A DNA stretch of 64,000 nucleotides from Dudresnaya verticillata (GCA_977862235.1 OZ374560.1:248001-312000), one strand, 5' to 3'; positions 38,132 to 51,343 are shown, counted from the stretch's first letter. Numbers and translations: made by a program. Notes: generated by a model from the sequence alone, not told the origin.

Positions 38132-39037
38132 TATGGTGTAAATCGTCTAGCGAAGAGTAGCACTTCCGGGTAGTTCGGACCCGGGGGTAGCGCGCTAGTA
38201 GCGAGGGTGCGGTAGAGCATAGGTAACACGCCGAGGGCGGACTGCAAACGCCCTTGTCGGTAGAAGTGGAACACTGCCACAGAAAGGAGAGAGAAAGAGA
38301 AAGAAAGGGAGAAAGGATAGAGAAAGGGAGAGAGGCGCGTCAGGGACGTAGACGGACGCGGAGGTGCGGGCGGAGCTGCGCAGTTGCCTTCATTGGTAAC
38401 GGGAAGTACGCACTAGCGAAGGGGATTCAGGTCCGAGGCTGGCTTGCCGGGATTTACTCATATTCCCAGACGGGTTTCCTAATATACTATCGCTACGACG
38501 CGGGCTGCGGCGGCACGGCGTGGCGCGCGGGAACTCGGGACGCGTGTCGCGCCCCCGTGCGTCTGAAAAGTCGTCGTCGCCATACAGCCGCGCACGTGGT
38601 AAGGAATAGCTTACAGACGTGCGTGCGCGTAACGAATAGCTTACAGGCGGGTCCGCACGTCGGTAGAGGTGATCCGGATTCGGATCCCGATCCCTGCCAG
38701 CATTGCTGGCGCGTGGGTGTGCCTTACAGGCGTACGCCTTACATTGTAGCGGATCCCGATCTGATCCCGATGTCCGATCCAGATCCCATCCGGATCTGGG
38801 CCATCATTACAGGTACACGCCTTACACCTCCCGGATCCCGATGGGCGATCCGGATGCGTGCCGCGCGGGCGCGAAGTGCGTGAGCCGCCATGCCCGCGGC
38901 GGTTGTGGCGCCCATACGCCGTCGGGCCGACCGTCCGTGACGTGTTCGCGCGCGCCAGCGGCGGTTACGATTGCCCGTCGGTAGACGTCTTTTGGCACGC
39001 TCCGAGCGAAAAAGGGGCTCACCCCCCTTGCACCACA
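38132..39037. mobile_element. Solo LTR H (906 bp) in C's 3' region
   Basis: Perfect TSD AACCG at 38127-38131 and 39038-39042; ends tatggtgtaa...ttgcaccaca; inverted homolog at 52880-53703. Confidence 0.8.
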
Positions 39038-39186
39038 AACCGCCCGTGCGCCCATAGCCGTACCGCGCGAGCGGTGGCTGAGTTGCAACGTTGCACGTAC
39101 GTGCGTTGCGTTTAGCGTACGCGGTTTGCCGCTCTTCGTGGTGTGAACACCTTTGTCTCGACCCGCTGGTCGCACCTGACCACACG

Positions 39187-42138
39187 ATGCCGCAGTACAA
39201 CGCCGATGGCAGCTTATTGCTTGGGGTATTGTCATCAACGCCCCGTCGGAGCAGGTATCGTTTCCTGCTCCAAATGATTACTTGTAGAAAACCCCTTTGG
39301 AGCATCCAGGGCTGTTCGCGAGGGCGCCCTGGATGCATCCGCAATACGTGAAAAACCACGAAGTGCTGGAGTTGTACTCCCATAATGGCTGGTTGCCTGG
39401 TGATATCCCCTTAGATGGCGTCGACCGCAACAGCTGGAAGCTGTACGGCGCCATGCCCGCGTCTTGCGTGCGCCGTCGCTGTCATGAGACGGCGTCGCAG
39501 GCGCGGGTGTCCTTCGTGAAGCTCACGCATCAGCGTCTCTACCGGCCGCCCTGCAGCGTGCCGGTAGAGTACGAAGTGGAGTTGGACCTCATGTTCTATA
39601 GACAAGATGGGGATATCCCCTACGTATATCGTATGCTCGACCGACCGCTGCCCCCGGCGTGTCGAGGGGACGTCACCGATATTGGAGACGACTCCTTGTT
39701 TGGGGGGCAGCGGTTTATGGCGGAATTCAGCTACGTTCGCAAGCGGGATTACCCATTCTTCGACCGGTGCATCCGGTGGGAACGTGAGGCGCGGCAGCGC
39801 CACGGTGTGCTTGTTCCCTACCAAAACGTAGAGATCGAGCGCGTCCGGCGCGACGTCCTGCCACGCCTGTACGTGCGCTTCCCGCCTGGCTTGGCCCAGT
39901 GGGAAGACCCGACGGCATGCTTGTGGAGCTTCCTCCAGTCCTGTCCTACCGAGGCAAGGACTTAATGGACGATTTGGTTTCACCCTTTTGGCGCGTGTTC
40001 TACATGGAGTGGGTGGCGGCGTTCGCCACCTCGTGGCTTTGGGAGTGCTACGAAGATTTTCGTATATGGCACGTCCCCGCCCCCGTGTTAATACGTTTTA
40101 ACCGGCTCGCCCTGCGCGAGGTTCTTGGCAGTCGCGTGAGCGCGGAGGAGTTTTACTCCCTGCTGAACATCTACGGCACGATCGACTGGGACGACCACAG
40201 CGATGTGCCGTCGACTAACCGGAGAGCCGGAAGGGCGTAGGGGACTTCCCAAAGGCGTGAACGCCGTAACCTTGCACCTGGTCTCCGTCACAATTTGTTC
40301 GGCGACTGGGTGTGGTTTAACGTGTGGACGCGTGCGTTCGTGGACGACGACTAGGCGGCGTCCTTGTGCAAACAACGACGGGAAATCCCGAGGGGCCACC
40401 TGCATTGTTCGGCGTTTTCACCAGACATGGTGCCGCCGTTCGAGGCAGCCCAGCATGCCGACTCGGCCGTGGCGGACGAGTCGGATGAGGAAATGGGATC
40501 ACCCAAGGGCAACGACTCCATCGAGCCTGCCGACAGCGCGGCGACCAACGTGCCCACCGCGTCGGGTGGGTCGGCTCCTAAATCGGGACTTCCCGTGTCA
40601 CCGCCTACGGCAGCCGCGCCCGGCGGACCGGACCTCGCGGTCGTATGCCGCTTCCTCGAGGAAGCTGGCATCGTGGCGGCAGACGACGTGTTAACACGTG
40701 AAGGGTTGCTCGCGCGCGTTCGCGGTGCAGCCCCAGGCGGTTCGTACGCTGTGGAAGGGGTGAGCCCCAAAAGTACCGTAGCGGCTCAGGCGGGGCCGGC
40801 CGATGACGGACAATGTGGCATAGCTGCAAGAACAGCTGTGCCACGCACGCGCAGCTGCAAGACCAGCTGCACCACCTGTGCACCGCTGTGCGCACGCTGT
40901 CCGCCGGTGGCGCCGAAGCCCCGCTGAACTGTACGTAAGTGCGCTGTGGCGCCCTCGCGTGCACGTGTACGTGTGTGACACTGAAACTCCCATGTACTTT
41001 CTATGTCTATATTTGTGTAGTTTACAGCACTGTCTAGTGTAAGCGGCGGTCGAACGGCCTGCTATCCCGCGCGCCGTGCGCACGCACTCCGGCGTAGAGC
41101 TGTTGAGTGCGTGACACGCGCGCTCGTACTCCGGCGTCGAGCTGTTGAGTACGTGTGGACCGTTTCGCCCACGCGCGCCCCCGGGTTGCCGTTACCTATA
41201 CGCGTCGACGCGTGTCGGGGTGCCCCGGCACACCTCCCGGGTTGGTTCTGCCGCAGTCCCTGTAGTCCATTTAGTAGCCGTCCCTCTGGGCTTTAGTAAA
41301 CAAAGGCAAGCCAGCCTACGCCAGGCTTGCCCCTTTCTGCCTTAGGTTTCTTTCCCAGTCTTTCGCCCTACGGCTTCCATCTTTCCCTAGCCTCCTGGGC
41401 TTTACTTTCCTTTTCCCACCGTCAGCTTTGTGCCGCCCCACGACGGGGACGCAGGGATCCGGCCGCTGCCGCCCTCGTACGGTCCGCCCCGTGCGCGCTG
41501 AGGCTTCAACGCCGTTGATCCGCGACCGGCGACGGCGCGCGCGGCCGACACTACCGCTCTACCACTTACCGCTACCACCCTTCGATGGATCTGGGTGCGA
41601 CGACGAGACCAGCCGCGCTAGACGTCAGTTCGACCTGGCTTCTATGCCTCAGAGAAGGCGCCGGGAGCAGTCAGGCATTGCCGAGTGTGCCGACCCCGGC
41701 GTCAGCGTCTGCAACAGGAATACCTGCGTGGATGGCGCAGGGGTTATCCCCAATCAGGCCTAGTGGCGTCGTCACCCTCGCAACCATCACGGCGGCGCAG
41801 AACGCGCGCCGATAACGGATGGGGGTGGCAGCGACGTCTGTCGCCACTGATGGCGCCAAGGAAGGGGAGATCCCCAAAAGCAGGGGTGGGCCCGCTACAG
41901 TGGCCACCAAATCCGCGGCGGCCCCTTGCTTTGCAGCCAGTCTCGTTCCGATCAACGCAATGAGCGCGGCGGGGCTGGTGGTGTGCAGACTGGGACGGAT
42001 GACGTCGTTATGGGCGACGCGGGCGATCTCGACGTGGGCGCGGCCACGGAGTCACCGAACCTCAACGATTACGTCGAGGTCACGGATGGCGCTGTGGAGG
42101 CGGAGGACCGCGACCTGGTAGATTACGGCGATCTCTAG
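39187..42138 (+). pseudogene. Antisense ORF of element C (frameshifted, split by solo LTR E; start approximate)
   Basis: Fragments 39297-39965, 39899-40240, 40364-40813 and 41652-42138; contains QWED/DGMLVELPPVLSYRGKDLMDDLVSPFWRVFYMEWVAAFATSWL; acidic C-terminus. Confidence 0.72.
40814..41651 (+). mobile_element. Solo LTR E (838 bp)
   Basis: TGTGGCATAG...CTATGCCTCA; TSD gacaa/gagaa; direct homolog at 60338-61185. Confidence 0.85.
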
Positions 42139-42481
42139 CGAGGTCGCTGTATTGGCGTGTAAACACGTAGTGGCGGGCGCCAGCCCGTTAGACTCGCGTA
42201 ATAGTAAGTCGCGTCTAGCGCGTGGGTGTTCCCGAAAATAAAGCGCGAAGGCTTGGGAGTATTCCCCTGGTTGCGTGAAGCGTGAAGTGGGACGTGGGAG
42301 GTGCAGGTGTGTGCGAGCGATGCGCAGAGCGGGTGCGGGTACCGCGCGCAAGATGCGCGAACGCGAGGGCGAGCGCAGGCGATTGGCAGCGATGCGCGGA
42401 AGGTCCGTCACCTTGAGTTGTGCGGCGCGCGTGCGCAGTGTGCCTGGGCCCGGGCGGCCCCGTGTGGCATCCGTCCATGCC

Positions 42482-42531
42482 GTCCCATGGCGCTGCCCGT
42501 GCTGTCCCATGGCGCTGCCCGTGCTGTCCCA
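42482..42531. repeat. 22-bp tandem repeat (~2.3 copies)
   Basis: gtcccatggcgctgcccgtgct repeated. Confidence 0.8.
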
Positions 42532-43229
42532 CGACGTACGGGCATTGCTGGCGGGTGCGCCTTGTTAGAGTGAGAGCACATGTCTTTCGGGGCGCCACGT
42601 GGCGCCTGTCACCATGCGCGCGCAAGCCATGTAATTCGGCGCACCGATTGGTGCGCTTGACTTACAGGAACTTCGACTCGCGCATTAGTGCGCTCTGCAT
42701 ACTTCTTACACAAAATTCGACGCCCGCATTGGTGCGCTCGATGAAAGTGCTTACACGAAAGTAGCGTGCGCATACAGCGCAGGTGCCGTCGGGTGCGGGT
42801 ACAGTACGGCGGTGCCGCGCACTGCGCACGCGCGTCCGTGCAACTTGTACCTCACGGTCGAGTCTTTCGTGGCGTGCCACCTTGCGCACAGTGCTTGCGC
42901 TCGCGTGAACGCGTTCGGTGGGATCGCCCGTTCATAAACGCTAGTGTGTGTTGTTGTTGCGGTATTCCCCTAGTCGTGTGCGCAACGTTCGGCGGGCGCC
43001 GCGCAGGCGGGCGCGTCGGACCCGCGCGGACCCCGGCGGAGGGCGTGCGTCGTAGCTGGGGCAATCCCCTTTGTACCTAGTGCTGATCCTGCGTCCGGTG
43101 CTTGTGGGCGCGCCCCTTCGCGATGGTGCGGGGGTAGGGGCACGGAGCCAAAATTGGGGTGATCCCCTTGTTCGCGAATGGGCTCCATATGCGGCCAACC
43201 ACCGTAACCAGCTATCCCGCGTGTGCGTC

Positions 43230-46200
43230 TTCGATGTTGATCGGCGGCGGGAGGCGTTGTCGCCGATAATAACGGAGCACGTGAGATCGGGGGACGTACT
43301 CTAGCGGTTACCAGGTGTTATCACCAGACGCGTAGCCATACCACTGGACGTGGAGGCGCAGCGAACCATTATCAGCGACACCGTGGTCAACGACGAGTTC
43401 GATGACGTATTCGTCAGTCGGGTTGGCGTCATCGCGCGTGGACGCCACGGTGTGCGGGTGGACCCCAGTGATCCCGTGCTTCGTCGGCTGACGTGGTCGA
43501 GTGCGTGTTAGCACCTTTGAATTGCAAGGACGGGTGAGGCGCGTCGGAACTGGTGTAGACACCTCGTTCTCTTCCTGCGACGAGCAGGAGGAGGAGGCTG
43601 GCTGTCCCGTGGGGGAGCTTACCGAGCCTTCGTCATCAGATGGGGAGTTCCCCTTTATGCCTCGACGCCTTGCACGCGTGTGCTGCGCGGCGCCTACCGA
43701 GGACAACGAGCCCTCGGGTTCGCTCAGGTGGCCACAGAGCAGGTCTTCTTCAATCGGCTTGATAATGGGGCGTTCCCCTTCGGGTGCGGTGGCTTGCTTT
43801 GCGGCCTCGGGGCGGTTAGAGAGAGCGAAGGACTGTCTCCAGGGCCGAGGTCCGCGAGCCCAGTATCGCGCGTGAGAGTTCGTCGCGACTCTTTCGCGGG
43901 ATTCTGGGGGATCCCCTGTCTAGCAAGTCGGGTAGGATTCCGTCCGGCTGGTCGCCTACGACTTGCGCGCCGGCCGAGTGGGCTGGTGAAGGCGGTTGTT
44001 CCGCGAAGTTATTCATGCGCGTGAACCGAGCCATTCCCTGGCGGTCGATGACTCCTAGCCACGGCCGGCGGTCGCGCGCGGAGTTCAACGGTGGGAGGTC
44101 TGCCAGCCCCCTCGGTGTGCCAGGGGCGCAGGTCCAGACACCAGTGTGGACGCGGCCGTCTCGGGTCGTCGTACGGGTGGAGTGCGGTGATTTAATTGGG
44201 ATTTTCCCAAATTTCCAGCACCCCGCCGCGTCCTGGTAATTCGATTTTCAGGGCGCGAGGTGCTCACAGTCACACGCAAGGGAGGTACGTCGCGCTCTGT
44301 GCCCTTACGGACCCGTCTGCCTTCGCCCTGAGAGGCTTCTGAGGCAGCGGCGGCGGTTTTCCCCTCCAGATTCGCGCGCTCCCGCGGCGTTCGGGCTTGC
44401 GCCCTTTAGAAAGGGAGTACTATTCGGCGTGTATGCGGGCAGTCCTGTATTGCGTTGGTCGACCCTGAAGGCGGTTTCCTTATTGTCCGCGTTTTCCCTG
44501 GGGCTTACCCCTTCATGTGCACCTGACTCGGGCGCCGGCATGTGCGTTCCCGAGTCTTGCGATACTATGGGCTCGACCTGGTCGCCCGGGTCAGCCGTGA
44601 AAGCTTTCGGCGACGTACACCTCGCGATCTGGGGCAACGTTTCCGCGGTCGCTTTGGGGTTTACCCCTCTTGGTGCTGTGGGTACCGCCTTCGGCGATCC
44701 AACTGCGAGGGGGCGTTCCCCATCTTTCCGTCTTTCGGCGCCAGCTGTAGGCGTCCGATCGGTTCCACTGGGTATATCAGGGGTCATCCCCGTATTGCGA
44801 GGGACCAGCGCTTGCGCCCGCTCTACCTGGGTTAACCCATTATCGACACCTTGCCACGGGGATGAACTTTGTTGTCGTTCCCCCGCTGGCTCGGCGGGGC
44901 GGTCTTCCGCATGGAAGGCTGCTGGGGGCGCACTCGCCGACGTCGGGCGCACTATTTCAGCGCCGTCGATTGGCGGCTGGAGACCCGTTTGAACTATCGT
45001 GAGGCCTCCATGCCCCGGTGCCTCTACGGCCGACCGCGGTGTGTGGACGTCCTTTCATCCCGCCGGTGCGGTCGTGCGGTTATTTCTTATGGGTTTCACG
45101 CCTTGTGGACCGCCCATGGCGTTAGCGATACCCGTATTGGCAACCATTGGCGGTAATCCGCTTGGACTTGGTGCTAACACCACACGGTCGCGCGAGAGCC
45201 GTTCAAGCTGGTCACCCATTCGGACCGTTATGCTCTTCTCGTCTGCCGCGGCTACCTTTAATGGACCGTCGGCAACGGGCCACAGATTGTGCTTGCGGTC
45301 CATCCGCTTGAATTAATCCCTTCGGACGAATACTTGGGAGTTCACTCCAATATCTTCGCGAGACTTGCGCAAGCGCTCGTCGAAGTTGCGCTTATACCGC
45401 GCTTGGGCTTTACCCATTTCAACCGAGGCTGTCCTCATTAATGCGCGTAACCACTCCCGCCACTTCGTGGCGTACTGTGCTCGCGTGGGGATGTCCCCTA
45501 TCTTCGGCTCGGCTACTACCGATAATGCCGGAGGTGGACGTGCCATTCCAACACGAGTTGGAATGGGGCAATCTTCCTTGACATGTGTACTTGCGTGTTG
45601 TAGGCATAAGTTAGCGCGTCGGAGAAGAGGTCCCAATCTCGAGGATGGTCAGCCACATAGTGTCGTAGGGCGGCGAGGATCGTCCGATTGAACCTTTCCA
45701 CCTGGCCATTGGCCTGCGGGTGGTAGGTTGTCGTGAAGATGTTCTCGGCGCCCAGGTTCCTGCAGATGGCTTGGAAAATTTTGGCGACAAGCGGCTTCCC
45801 GTTGTCAGACAACAGCTATCGCGGGGGACTACATACGAACACCCAATGGCGTACAAACGCCCGTGCGACATCCATGGCGCTGATCGTGGGAATCGGGATG
45901 GTCCGGACCAGCTTGGAAAAGCGGTCTGTTATCACGAAGAGGTACCGATTTCCCCGCTTCGTCCTGATCAGGTCCCCAAGAATGTCGATCGAGACAAACT
46001 TCAGCGGCTCCGGCGCCGAGAAAAGCTTCATTGCGGTGGAGTTCCGCCTAGGCTTAACGCAGTTGCGGGCGCACGTCCCGCAATTTCGCGTTGTCGCGTA
46101 GCAATGTAAGGACATCGACGGCCTGTAGAAGTGCTGACGCAGGGAGTGTTATAACCTCCTTCCCCCGGGATGACCCGTGAGCTTCGAGTGATGAATCAAG

Positions 46201-49005
46201 TGAAGCGCTCTTGTTTGTATCGCGTATGGGATGACGATCTGCGTCCGCGCTTCGACGAGGCGGACAAGAATGCCGTTTTCGTCGATGCGAAAGGGTAACC
46301 CCTCCCCCGTTAAGATGGGAGCGGATCTGCGAGCAGAACACATCCCCGAATTGGTCATTGAGACGTTCCTCTGTTGTGATGGGTGCGACCAGCGCGTCCA
46401 ACTCCTTACGCTGCTTGGCCAAAAGGAGTTGGTCGAACGCGTCGTGCTCCTCACCAAGATAGTCCTCGTGGTCACAAAAGGCACAATCGCCATCGGTGCA
46501 GCTATGCTGACACTCTGCGGGTGTATCCCGAATGTTACCATTTCTGCGTGGTAACAAGGGACGTCGTCGTCGATCTCCACGGTGGTTTTACCCAAAGTGT
46601 GGAGTCGCGACAGCGCGTCGTCTTGAGACTTCAGGTGGCCTTTCTTGTATACCACCTGAAACGCAAACTCCGAAAGGCGTAAACGCCACCTCATCAAGGG
46701 GCCGCATGGATCATTGATCTCCATGAACCAGCGCAATGATGAGTGGTCCATGTGTATCACGAAAGCCTCCACTTGGAGGTACGGGCGGAGAGTGGTCACG
46801 GCCCAAACAACGGCCAAACACGCCTTTTCAGATACGGAATAATTCCGCTCTGCTGCGTTCAGCGTACGGGACCAAAACCCGATTGGCTTGCGACTGCCGT
46901 CGGGGTGTGTTTGAAACAGTGCACACCCGACTTGGTAGTCGCTCGCGTCAGTATCAACCATATTGAGTAAACCCGTTTGCGGTAACGCAAGAACTGGCGG
47001 CTCGATAACGAGCCGGATCAGTTGGCGGAAAGTCGCACCTTGTTCGCCGGTAAGCGGCTCAAGTTTGGGAGATTGCGCCTTCTTCAACAGCTGGTTGAGG
47101 GGCGCAGCACCGTGCGAATAACGCGGGACAAAGCCTCGATAGACGTTTAAAAGTCCCAGGAAGGGGCGAAGTTCCTTCTGCGTTCGCGGGTGCTGCGTCT
47201 TTCTAAGTACGGCCGTCACTGTCCGGTCAACCGCCAAGCTGCCCGGGTTAATAACATGGCCGAGGTAGGTGACGGGGTCCGTGAACAGGTCGCAATTCTT
47301 CAGCTTGAGCATGACACCAGCACGATGAAGCGCCTTGAGGATCTCCTCCTGCCCGTAATGGGACTCGATGTCCTTCAAAACGATGATAACATCATCGAGG
47401 TAGACCAAGCACGACTTCCACTTGTACCCTTTCAACAAACTGTCAAGGGTACGTTGGAAAGTCGCCGGTGCGTTGGTCAACCCGAAGGGCATCCACTTGA
47501 AGCCAAAGAGTCCCGCCTGGCAGGTGAAAGTCGTCTTATCGCGATCACGCGCAGCAATCCGGATTTTCCAATACCCGCTATTGCAGTCCAACGTGGTGAG
47601 CACGCTAGCCGCCCCCAAGGAGTCAATGCACTCGTCGATGCGGGGGAGCGGGTATGTATCCCGTACTGTCATCGCGTTGATGCGGCGGTAATCCACGCAA
47701 AATCGGATCGTTGCGTCTTTCTTAGGTTCAAACACCACTGGCGAGGCCCAAGGCGACTGAGCGAGCTCGATGAAGCCGTAACGGAGCATGCGATCAACCT
47801 ATTCCTGTGCAAGCTGGCGCTGCAATGCCCTCGCTCTGTAGGGCGGCGAGGCAAACAGGCGCGCGCCCGGAAGGAGGTCAATGTAATGCTCCGTCGTGGT
47901 GATTTCACCTAGGGAACCATCCCACATGGCGGAGAACCGCTGAAGTAACCGTCTTACCTGGTCTTGATGAGCAGCAGGTATGTGGCTGAGGTCGACGTCG
48001 TCGACAGTGGGAGTTATCTCCTGTGCGTCCCCCGGTAAGGGGGGTCTCGTTGCGGGTTGACCCGTCTGTTTAGTGCTTTCCACGTTAAGTAACTCGTCTA
48101 CTTCCGTCGTCGCGATGCCCAACACATCCCGCAGCTGCACGTGGCTGGGGATGACAGCAGTGGGGTGCGGCAGGGCGGTTGCGACGACTTGCCCCTTGGG
48201 GAGCAAGCGCTTCGTCGCGGAGAAGTTCGAGACGAGTATGCGGAACGGCTCGTTCGGCGTTACTTGCGCAATCCCATTCGTGGCGAGGACGCCGTCTCGC
48301 TGGTAAGTGGACCCACAGGGCTGGATGCATATGGCAACCGCCCGTTCAGTGGTGACCCGCACCCACTTCTGGGACCGCTCAGGTATTACTAACTTTTCGA
48401 CGATCCGAAGTTTTGGCGACAAGCGCCCCGTGATCGAGCTAGGCTCTACATAACTTGCGGTTCACCGCTGTGCAGCTGGGAGGTGGGAGAGGACGAAGAG
48501 TGATGGGCACTACGGTGCCATCGTCCATCTCTACCTCCCTTGAACGTGGGTGGATCGCCTCCACGAACCAGTCGCAAAAGTCGCACCCAAGTATTACGGG
48601 TGCGGCGAGCCGGTCGCATACGATGAATGCAAGCTTCACCACGCGCCGTCCCAAGCGGACCACAAGACCCAAGGTTCCTAGGGTCTTGATCGCGTTGTTG
48701 TTTGCGTCGGCGATCCTCGGGATGTTGCCCGTGCGCAGAGACTCCAGCGCGGAGGGCGCCACTGAGGTTTTCCGAATGAAGTTGGGGCCTGCCCCTGTAT
48801 CGAGAACACTCAACTTCCTCATCATGGCCGCGGTGGTGCTGCCAATGTCGGGGTACACCTTATAGTTACGCTTAGCCATGACGAAGACCCGGTCCCTCAA
48901 GTGTGGGGGCCGGTAGAGCGTCTGCGCTTTGGTGTTAACACATTTGTTAGGGTTAACCCCTGTTGATGGGGATGACTCCTTTGTCAGCTTGGCGTTCCCA
49001 GTCAC
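43230..49005 (-). pseudogene. pol: Element C pol: protease, RT, RNase H, integrase, long linker, chromodomain (disrupted)
   Basis: LDTGAGPNFI; RFCVDYRR, MPFGLTNAPATFQ, YLDD; TDASD; HPG..CGTC, SIDILG, SDNG, HPQANGQVERFN; DGPLKV; EYVIELVVDH...VQWYGYASGDNTW*P. Confidence 0.93.
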
Positions 49006-49241
49006 CTCCCATGTTGGAATATGGGGATGTGACCCCCCTGCCTGGAAAGGCAGAACCGGGCCTAGTTTTTCGGCTCGTGGTGAGCCGGCTAGGCACGGCG
49101 AAGCACACCCGGATGGGGCTCCGAAGTCCGTCCTGCGGGTGGACCCGGTGATCGAGAACGCTCGCGGGTGTTGTGTTGCTAGGCCAGGTACCGGGTATGT
49201 AGCTGCTCAGAGTAGCTGCGCGCCGGCACTTGGGCCTGCTC

Positions 49242-51343
49242 CTAGTCCGTGAGCGCCTCGAATTTGATGATGATCTGCCCGCGGTCACGGTATGTGAGGG
49301 CGCACTCCGTAGCGTAGTGCCCTAGACCGTAACACGCGTGGCAGATCACCGTTGGCCCCCGCCCTGCTGAACGTTGAGCCATCGAGCGACTTGGACGGCG
49401 GTCCTGCCAACCTGGGCGAGACCTCTCGAACCTGGGAGAATGCTTCTGGAAGGCGACGCGCGGCGCGGGTATGTGCCTTGGACCCATGGCCAGCTCGCGG
49501 TCGTCTTCCGTACCGTAACTGGTATCGGTGGGGAGGTCCGTAGTCGGGAACGACGACGGGTCCGTCCCGAGTAGGTGCAAGTCACCATCAATGTTTCGGG
49601 TGATCCCGTGTTCGCGCTCGCTGCGGTCCCGTAATTCAACCGAGGACTCATCAAGCAGCGCTTGACCACGCCCTCGCGCCGTTGAAGGCGGAAGACGGGC
49701 TTTGGCCGTAGTCGGCGAAGCGGGGACTACCCCTGGTCTGCGGGATGCACCTGTTCTTGCGCGATGAGCGTCGCCCTCATCCTGCGCAAAGTGTACGAGG
49801 TTCTCAAAGGTGAGTTCACCTCGCCGGGTCTCTTCGCGATGGCCCGCAACAAGGGAGCGGATGGTAGGGTCCAGCCCATCGATGAACAGAGTCATCTTCT
49901 CCCAGGCCGGGTAGATGTTGCCGACCCGGTGACACCCTTTAGAACGGCGCATCGCAAACGCGGACTCCGTCTCACCCGGCCGTTGCGTGATTGCACGAAG
50001 AGCGAGTGTGGCGTCACGTATGGCACTAGGTGTTGCATACGTGCCCAGTAAGTACTGCACGGCCTCTGGCCACCAGGTGATTCCACCATCTGCTCGCGAT
50101 AACGCGCCGCGTACACTCCGGAAGTGCTGCGAAGCAGTTCCACGGAGGACGTACGGTAGGGCGATGAACGCCTGGGTCTCATTCATCTCCAAGGTGTCGG
50201 CTTCGTCGACAAACCTTGCGAGAAAATCAAGAATGAGCATGGGGCCATCCCTATTGAACGCGCAGTCGCGTAAGGCCAACTAGAGCCGCTTTATTCGGTC
50301 TTTGCACTTACCCGTCTGGCGGCTCGAGCGCCTTTGGGAAGTGTCGGCCAGCCGGTATGTCCTGTAGGACAGTAGCCGGTCGAACAGGGGGTTCGTGGGC
50401 GTGAGCTCCTTCAGCCCCCTGTACTTCCTTCCGCGTTTACGCGTATTGCGGCGGGCCGAGAGGCGACCCTCGGAACCGCTGTCAGATGAATCCGAATCAT
50501 GGGAGTGATCTACAGAAGAGGAAGAGGAAGGGGACGAGTCACTGTCATCGCGACGACGACCACGCCTCTTCCTGTCCTTTGCGCGACCACGATCACGGCG
50601 TCCACTTCGGGTCCGATGATCGCGTGCGCACCGTACTTCAGCATGCCGAGACTCCGGGCCGATGATGCGGAGGTCCGTTCCGACTGGGACAACCCAGTCG
50701 TACTAGCGTGCGTCGCGTTCGGCTTGGGTGTACCCATTGCGATCCGGGTTCTCGACGTGCCCCGGACCGCGCCCACACGAGAGTGGGCTGCAAGCCTCGC
50801 CTTCGAATATCGGGTGATCCTGTGAGATGGGGTCAGCCCCTGAAACGCGCTCTTCCAGGAGACGGTTAACGTCTGCCTGGAGGATGCGTAGTTCGCGGTT
50901 GACTTCACCGCGTCGGGCGTGATCGCCATGGGGACAATTCCCGGAGGCACCAGCGTCGACACGCGTGTTACGCGCAGAGACTTGGCCTTCGAGGTCCTGT
51001 ATACGGGATTTGACTCCATCAATATGTTCACGGCAGGTCGCCGTGAACTGCGCAACTGCCGCGTCCATTCGATGTGCCAGGTTGTCAACCAGGACGGCGT
51101 CCTGCAATATGCAAATCTCGCGGACCGCCGCCCTGGGGACAGTGAGCTCTGAAACGATGTGCATATTGGCAGCTTCCGGATTACTCGTTGCTCCGGCCGT
51201 TCGGCCTTCCGGATACGGCGGGGGAGGCGCAGGTTGCGGCGGAAGAATCGGGATAGCCCGTTGACTGCGAGGCGCAGGAGACCCGTTAACGGATACAGTG
51301 TTGGCCGGACCGTCACGAGACGGTGCGTGGCCTTGCGGATCAT
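49242..51343 (-). pseudogene. gag: Element C gag with CCHC zinc knuckle (disrupted)
   Basis: LLSYRTYRL (~50350-50380); ITQRPGETESAF; CHACYGLGHYATEC (CX2CX4HX4C). Confidence 0.85.

Noticed and set aside
40814..41651. Repeat with 60338-61185 as the two LTRs of one element
   Set aside because: The left copy has its own near-perfect TSD (gacaa/gagaa), and the C antisense ORF resumes after it. The two are independent insertions.
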